Of a stretch of DNA of 64,000 nt, positions 48,305-64,000 are shown in pieces; the first letter of the stretch is position 1, and each line of letters starts with the position of its first letter. The position numbers and the translations under genes are program-made. Location of the stretch: positions 130,274-194,273 of the forward strand of contig ADNK01000096.1 in NCBI GenBank assembly GCA_000320545.1, read 5' to 3'. The notes beneath the pieces were generated by a model, which made no database searches, was not told where the DNA came from, and saw nothing but the letters and a program-made list of their open reading frames with translations. This stretch comes from Bigelowiella natans CCMP2755 (Eukaryota; Protista; Cercozoa).

Positions 48305-49038
48305 AGAGAGTGTCGTGAATGCTTTACGCTGTTGAGTCTTAATTGGACAGTTATTACAGGCTATGGAGTCTTTAGCTAGCAAAAGTCCCACAAGTAGTTA
48401 TAAAGATGAAATCATTAGAATGGGACATTTGAAGGTTTAATACATCAAATGCGATGACCTTAGCACACATTATATCTTGGCGCATCACATGTTTATCTAC
48501 TAAGAAATGGCCCTATTTAACGGGTGCCATGCGCATACAATGTATGCTAGCATGCCATAGTCGCACACACGCATATGACACATTTTTTGGTAAGTGGTTA
48601 GAACCTTTCTTGTACAGCTAAGATGCTCATGAGGACGTATACGATTCACTTCGTGTATGCTTCCGACGCGCGCGTGCGACGCGTGTCAATTTCCGCAAAA
48701 ACGTGAACTACAACAAAAGCTTCTGCTGCATCGCACGCTAGCACGTGTGAACTCTCCTTAGCCATAATAATAGCTCATCGTTAATTGTCAGTCAACACAG
48801 GTGTTACGTACTTGCACATCTGTCGTGCTAGCTTTTTTTACATCGAATGCAGCATTTCTGTGTCGCGCATCCTGCGCTCTATGCTTGTAAGTTTTTCACC
48901 ATAAGATATAATATAGTCAACAAACTCTTGTTCACAACGACGTACATCTTCATCAGGAGTGGGATACAAACAGCAGTAGCTTGCACTGCTCAATCAGAGT
49001 CGTTCGTATTTACTAGCGCGTACAGCTTGCGGTGGCTG

Positions 49039-58382
<9,344 letters not shown>

Positions 58383-59372
58383 ACTGGCTGCCTTTCCTTC
58401 TCCTCCCTCTCTGTCCAAAGTTATACAGCACACGCGAGTGATGAGAACGAAACATAATATTTAGCCTCTATGAGGTCTGATGAGAGGTGGCATCCGCCGC
58501 CGGCTCCTGTTTTTTCATTAGACGGACATGAATTCGGTAGAAATGCGATCGACGGGGGATCGAGAGGCTTTTAACTAATGCTGACACCAAATATATAACT
58601 CCCCCGCACCCCCCCTTCAAACCTGTCTCCTGCAATGTGTTTCTGTGGTGCACGGTGTCTCCAGAGAACGTTGTGTGAGAACCAAGCTTTTGAAGGCCAG
58701 TGGGGAGACTGGAGCTGAGGCACGTGTCCACGTCGACGAGCGTTTGTTCAGCTGACAGGCTTTTTATGGGTTGTCGCACCCCGCAAAACAATGCTATCTC
58801 GTGTGCGACAACTCTGCAGCGGAGGTTTTCAAGCACGAAGCTTGCTTCTCTGATCGTCCTTGCACGTTTTTAGGTGAAAATGGCATAAATTGGGCCGTCA
58901 AAGCCTTGGGTACCGCTGAATGCACCAGTAGATCTAGGAAGGAAATAGTGCGATGCACAACCAGTGCAGACGAAGAGATGAGTTAGAGGCCGAGACGTCG
59001 TCGTCGTCGTCGTCATCATCACTGGGCAATTTCTTTTCAAAGTTTTCCGGTTACACGACCGACTCTGTTTTGGAAATTGGGATTCCCCTCCGATTTCCAT
59101 TAAAATCGCTCGTGATGGATGTCGTCGAGAAGTAAACGGGTCCATTTCGTGAAGCGTTTGGTCGGTAACCCAAAGCCTCAAGCTCCCCCTCCTACGCGAA
59201 AAGTCGATTCGAGGAGAAGCCTGTTTGTCGTCTCACGGTCTCGGCGAGCGAGGTTGACATATAATACGGTTCAGTTGGGATGTTCAGCTGCTAAGGAGTC
59301 CTCGAGAGCGATGGAATCTGCTAGGTAGAAGGGGCTACACGGTTACTCATTCCCCAACATCTAATCGAGAGC

Positions 59373-59926
59373 ATGAGTGAAGGTGCCAGAAGAGGAGGAG
59401 AGCAACAGGGAGCTCCTTTCCCAAAGAAGAAGATCAGAAGGAGGAAAAAATGGCGAAAGGCTGGGGGGGCTAATCCAGTCGGGTCTAATCATTTACTGCC
59501 CGGAAGCAGCCAACATGCAATGCTACAACATCCGACCCCGCAAAGCAAGGCGCCGAAACACGGCCAACAAAGTCAATGGAAAAGAAAGCGGGATACTTAT
59601 CAAAGAATACCTGTTCGAAAGGACACGGTATCGCATAAAACGGTGGGACGGCGTCGGCATGGGAAGATGGATGAAAAAGGCCAGTACAGCCACGCGCCGC
59701 CGCCACGACGTCACTCCCCACGTCAGAACTATGGAGGGAAACGGAGACAAACGCAAGGCCAACAAACCCAAAAGCAGAACCAAGGGGGTCACTACCAAAG
59801 ACCTAGCGTGGTGGTTCGGAAGGGGAAGGCAGTTTCACATGAGCATCCCAGGCGTGAGCAAAAGCTGAGAGAAGGTGGTTGAAAAAATAATTACATATTA
59901 TATAAAATAATTACATATTATATAAA

Positions 59927-59974
<48 letters not shown>

Positions 59975-60691
59975 ATTTGTATCGACGATGATATTCGATA
60001 AATTTGATGCAACTAGCGGAGAAAACGCTGTCGAAACAGCCAAATAGTGAGCAGCAGCTTCCTTCAAGTAAAGTGGAACTAAGCGCGAAGGAAAAACAGA
60101 AACTTAAGAAGAAAAAAAAGAAGGCAAAGCTGGCCACGGCAAGGCATGCCTCCGCCGTAAAGCTAGCGAGGCAGTTGCACTCAGACGCCCTGTCTGCAAT
60201 GGCGGGTGATTCGAAGCTGCTCTGTGTCGACATAGAGGCGTGGGAGAGGTGCAACAAGTTCATTACAGAAATAGGGGTGTCAACAGCGACTGTGAGTCGA
60301 GGACGGCTGTGCTCCGTCCGAGCGACGCATTTCATAATAAAGGAAAACGCGCGCCGGAGGAATGGGCGATTCGTCGCAGACAACAGGGACAATTTTATCT
60401 TTGGGAGCTCTCGGTGGGTTAGCCTGAGCGATGCAAAGAGGAGCTTAGTCCAGCTGCTTCCCTCTTCAACTCATGTCATCGGCCACGCATTGGGAGGGTA
60501 CAGCACTCATTAGTCCTATTGCTAACATGTGATGATGGTGCTGAATATTAAGTGACTCTCGTCGAAGCAGTAGCCACTCAGCAACCTGAACATGCATACA
60601 AATATCAGAGATTTGGCGTGGCTGTCTGCGAAAGGCGTTGTAGTTGAGAAGCCTTCGTTTGATACACAGGTGGACGACGACAGTCGCGATG

Positions 60692-60733
<42 letters not shown>

Positions 60734-61045
60734 ACGATCGATGGCAATATTGTTAGTGTGAAGCAGGGCTGAGAAAGGGCGAAGGCAGCAAAATCATAAT
60801 TTATTTAGAACACGATCCACTGGTGATTGAGCTGTGCCTTTCCTCAGGCCATTGCCCCCGCTCTCAATGGCGGGGTCACGGAAGGTCTCAGCCTGAAAAA
60901 ACTATGCGTTTCGCACTGTGACTTCTCCCCGACATATCTGCATAATGGAGGGAACGATGCGTTCTACACGTTACTGGTATTCCTTCGAATGTGCCAAGTG
61001 GACACAGATAGCTGTGCCGAGTTCAACCGCTTGAACAGCCGCTAA
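59373..61045 (+). CDS. Gfd2/YDR514C-like DEDDh exonuclease-domain protein with basic low-complexity N-terminus
   Basis: LLCVDIEAWE...ITEIGVS...HFIIKEN...NGRFVADNRDNFIFG...VIGH and LHNGGNDAFYTL. Confidence 0.75.
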
Positions 61046-61133
61046 ATGAAGCAAAAAACACGGATCGCGCATACGCCAAGGCTTAGTTGTAGGGATATAT
61101 ATATTTGTCTAGATAATTTATGCTAATTGCACA

Positions 61134-61164
<31 letters not shown>

Positions 61165-61171
61165 ATGTGTA

Positions 61172-61396
61172 ATGTCCAAAGACAATAATGAGACGGATGT
61201 AATGAATATGTAATTTTTCTTTTCAATGGTCATCCTAATGTAGCCATGCAAAGCAGCGGTCACAGTGCTTAAATCATGTCTGCTCGTTCATGTTGTGATG
61301 TCAAAGACAACTATGAGACGGATGTAATGAATTGATTAAATCTTTCCAATGGTCAATCTATCATGTCATCCTGATGTAGCTGTGCAAAGCTGCGGC
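61172..61396 (+). repeat. Two tandem copies (D 61172-61260, E 61298-61396) of the dispersed intergenic repeat; E is cut by the gypsy LTR
   Basis: aaagacaa(ta/ct)atgagacggatgtaatgaa...caatggtca...catcct(a/g)atgtagc...gcaaagc(a/t)gcgg occurs twice. Confidence 0.8.
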
Positions 61397-64000
61397 TGTT
61401 GCGCGTAAGGTGTTCACAGGCCGAGGCGCTACGTGCACAAGTAGGCAGGGGGGGGGAAAGGCACGTTTGCTTCCTTTTGAAGAGTTGTGTTTATTTTTAT
61501 TAAAGATTATATTTTTATTAAATCGTGCACTGCGTAATCATTCGCGAAGCTTTCGCGAATGCCGCCGCACGTGGGGCAGCACACTTCCGGTGTGCTGCCA
61601 TGAGTCCCGCCGGAACCCACGTGCCTATGCTGTATTAATATCTACGTTATCTATATTCTATATCCGCGACAACCCCTTTGTTGTCGCACGTGACTTGTGC
61701 CCGCGTAGTGGTACGCGCTACACCTCCCCCAAGTCACGTTGCTCCTTCCTTCCTTCCTTATTCCCTTAGACCTTCATCGCTTTCGGAACTTCACCAACCA
61801 CCAGGTAATAGATTCCTCTCTAACCTTATCTCCTTTGTCGCTTACCCAGAACTCACCTTCGTCCTTAGGTTCGTGTCCATACCAGCCCTCTGCATCAAGG
61901 TCCCCCAGGACCTTATACCAGTGCTCAAAGGGTAAGTCGGGAACAGCTAGGTAGAGTAGCTGATATTTTCCGTCCTTTATTTTCATAGCTACCCTCTCCA
62001 TATTTCGTAATCCAGGGTAGCCTAGATAGACAATCTTCATGCGCCAATCGTCGTTCACCCTGACCTTATTGTTTCCATATTCCACATCGAACTTAGGTCG
62101 GGGTCCTAAACAAGGCATTGCTCGCTCCCACACAGTAGGGTTTACTTTAACATCCTCTAGGAGCTTCTCACCGATATCATAATTCTTTAGGTGACTGATG
62201 TGGCGCAAGGTGACCCTGTTCCCATCATAGATGTAGTACTGCTTCCTCCCCTTCCTCTCGGTAACCTTTGCAACGCCACCCCAGAAGGGGTCTTGTTTAT
62301 TTCTCGATCTCAGATTTACCTTGGCCCTAACATACTGTCCTTCCTTTAGAACTCGGCCATCGTACGGGACCTTCTCGTCTTCGCTCTCGGTATCGTCGTC
62401 GTTGTCGTCGCCTTCTTCCCTCTCCTTATCCTTGATACCTCCCCCAGACGTGAAGGTGTCGTTTACTAACCCTTGTATCTTGTCTGGTGTGGTGCTATTT
62501 ATCCTGCTTAGGTTGGCCAAGGTGCGGTGGAGTCGCTCTACCTTGGAGTTGGACTGGGCATAGTATACAGGTGAGGCATCAATATTAGGGTGTGGTAGCT
62601 GTAGAAGAGAGGTCTCATTATCCACATGTAACTTCTTTGGTATCTTGTTTATGCTAACTTCATCAGGGATAGCCTGGAGCTCAGACTCCCAGGTACGGTA
62701 GCAGTTAGTAAGCCTCTGCTTATATAAGCCTTTGTTCTTCTTAGCAACGTTGACCTTGATAATCTTTTTAACCCAGCACTTTCCAGTGGCCACATCAACG
62801 AAGGTAAGGTAGTGATAGCCATCGTACTTATAAACATCAATTTGCACGATATCTAAGAAGTTCCTTGCTTTGATTTTCTTAGATGCACGGCTCTTGCTGG
62901 ACTCCTTGGTGGCGACGCCTGCCGCCTTCAAGCTGGAGCACCTGCAGCCACGCAGGTATGTCCTTATCTCTTTTAGCTTGTAGGGCCAGTAGTAATGGTA
63001 GAGTAGAGCAGTGATATGGTTTTCTCCTACGTGTGCAGGTCCATGGGCGGTAAAGAGAAAGGCTCCCCTGGTCCGCCGTGGCACGTAGGTACGCCTAACA
63101 TTATTAGTGTATACATATATCCTATCACTAAGTACCTCATGCTTGTGTTTGTATTTATCCAGGTGTTCTTGAAGGTGCTGGAGCTCCTCTGGCTCAGGCA
63201 GGAAGTCGCCGTCCTCGAAGGTAATCGCGTTAACCATAGGGGTGACCTGGGTAGGGACTTTCTTTTCGAACAGCCTGCTGAAATAGTCAGCAAGCTGCTT
63301 GTCTCCTGGTGCGTAGACCACTGTCCTCTTGTCCCTAAACTCTTCCGTGTCCGCCCTCATAGCTGCATACTCATCGTTAGGCGCTTCGAGCTTGCGGTCG
63401 ATGCCTAGGAGGGGCTTGTGGTCAGTCATTAAGGTGAAGCTGGGCACCGACAGCAGGTAGTATCTTAGTTTCCTCTGCGCCTCAGTCATGGCTTTATACT
63501 CTCCTTTTGTAGGGCTGTACTTGGCCTCAGCTGCTGTGCAGGCCCTGCCCCACACCCGTATGATCTGCTGGTCTTGGGTAAGTACAGCAGCCATACCTAG
63601 CTTAGACCAGTCTGTCCATAGGGTAGCTGGTCTAGTAGTGTCTAGCTTAGCATTCAATAGGGTGTTGCTGCATAACTTTATTAGGTTATCGAAGTGGGCA
63701 TCAAGGCCAGCCTTGGCCCACACCTTAGCGAAGCTGAGGCCTACAGAGTTCTCCTTCCGGTAAGCAGTAGTAAAAGCAGCTGCAGTCCTAGCGTAGGTAG
63801 GGGAGAACCTACGTAGTATCCAAGCTGCAGTCTGCAAGAATGACTTTAACTCCTTTGCATTCTTAGGTTTAGGGGCTTGCTGTAGTGCTGCTACTTTCTC
63901 GGGGTTTGGGGTGATGCGGCCTTGCTCCAGGTAATATCCACACCACTTGATTCTTGTAGCTAGGAATGTACACTTCTGCAGTCTAATAGTAAAACCGAAG
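61397..64000 (-). mobile_element. Ty3/gypsy LTR retrotransposon copy 2 (3' LTR 61397-61722 plus 3' part of pol), truncated by the window edge
   Basis: Colinear with 5080-7683 at offset 56317; the only difference I saw is 6743G vs 63060A (Leu/Phe). Confidence 0.97.
61774..64000 (-). CDS. Gag-Pol C-terminal part (RT end, RNase H, integrase, Dam-like domain), partial
   Basis: Identical to the C-terminal part of 5457-10430 except RGALL vs RGAFL. Confidence 0.95.
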   Translation of the reverse strand, partial: FGFTIRLQKCTFLATRIKWCGYYLEQGRITPNPEKVAALQQAPKPKNAKELKSFLQTAAWILRRFSPTYARTAAAFTTAYRKENSVGLSFAKVWAKAGLDAHFDNLIKLCSNTLLNAKLDTTRPATLWTDWSKLGMAAVLTQDQQIIRVWGRACTAAEAKYSPTKGEYKAMTEAQRKLRYYLLSVPSFTLMTDHKPLLGIDRKLEAPNDEYAAMRADTEEFRDKRTVVYAPGDKQLADYFSRLFEKKVPTQVTPMVNAITFEDGDFLPEPEELQHLQEHLDKYKHKHEVLSDRIYVYTNNVRRTYVPRRTRGAFLFTAHGPAHVGENHITALLYHYYWPYKLKEIRTYLRGCRCSSLKAAGVATKESSKSRASKKIKARNFLDIVQIDVYKYDGYHYLTFVDVATGKCWVKKIIKVNVAKKNKGLYKQRLTNCYRTWESELQAIPDEVSINKIPKKLHVDNETSLLQLPHPNIDASPVYYAQSNSKVERLHRTLANLSRINSTTPDKIQGLVNDTFTSGGGIKDKEREEGDDNDDDTESEDEKVPYDGRVLKEGQYVRAKVNLRSRNKQDPFWGGVAKVTERKGRKQYYIYDGNRVTLRHISHLKNYDIGEKLLEDVKVNPTVWERAMPCLGPRPKFDVEYGNNKVRVNDDWRMKIVYLGYPGLRNMERVAMKIKDGKYQLLYLAVPDLPFEHWYKVLGDLDAEGWYGHEPKDEGEFWVSDKGDKVREESITWWLVKFRKR

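Noticed and set aside
59884-59927. 20-bp tandem duplication aaaataattacatattatat
   Set aside because: Simple intronic slippage beside a (TA)n array.

Overview
Eukaryotic, intron-rich nuclear DNA (GT-AG introns, many containing microsatellites). The signal peptide plus transit-peptide leaders suggest an alga with a secondary plastid, chlorarachniophyte-like; this is inference. I can support about 14 host genes: a small hypothetical gene, a J-domain ORF, AlaRS, GH20 hexosaminidase, AFG1/LACE1 ATPase, a SAM-methyltransferase-like protein, an EEF1AKMT4-like methyltransferase, two ankyrin proteins, F-box, SBDS, TBC RabGAP, ABCC/MRP and a Gfd2-like DEDDh exonuclease. There are two near-identical young copies of a compact Ty3/gypsy LTR retrotransposon (5080-10794 complete, 61397-end partial). 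Main observations: (1) the gypsy polyprotein ends, after integrase, in a degenerate phage-Dam/DIRS-type adenine-methyltransferase-like domain and has a shortened D(27)E integrase core; (2) older repeat/pseudogene DNA shows a RIP-like signature with TpA replaced by CpA/TpG except within CTAG, and both gypsy copies sit in such DNA; (3) the cytosolic-type AlaRS has a hidden in-frame bipartite targeting leader; (4) twelve consecutive host genes alternate strand. Exon boundaries, alignments and counts were made by eye and are approximate.
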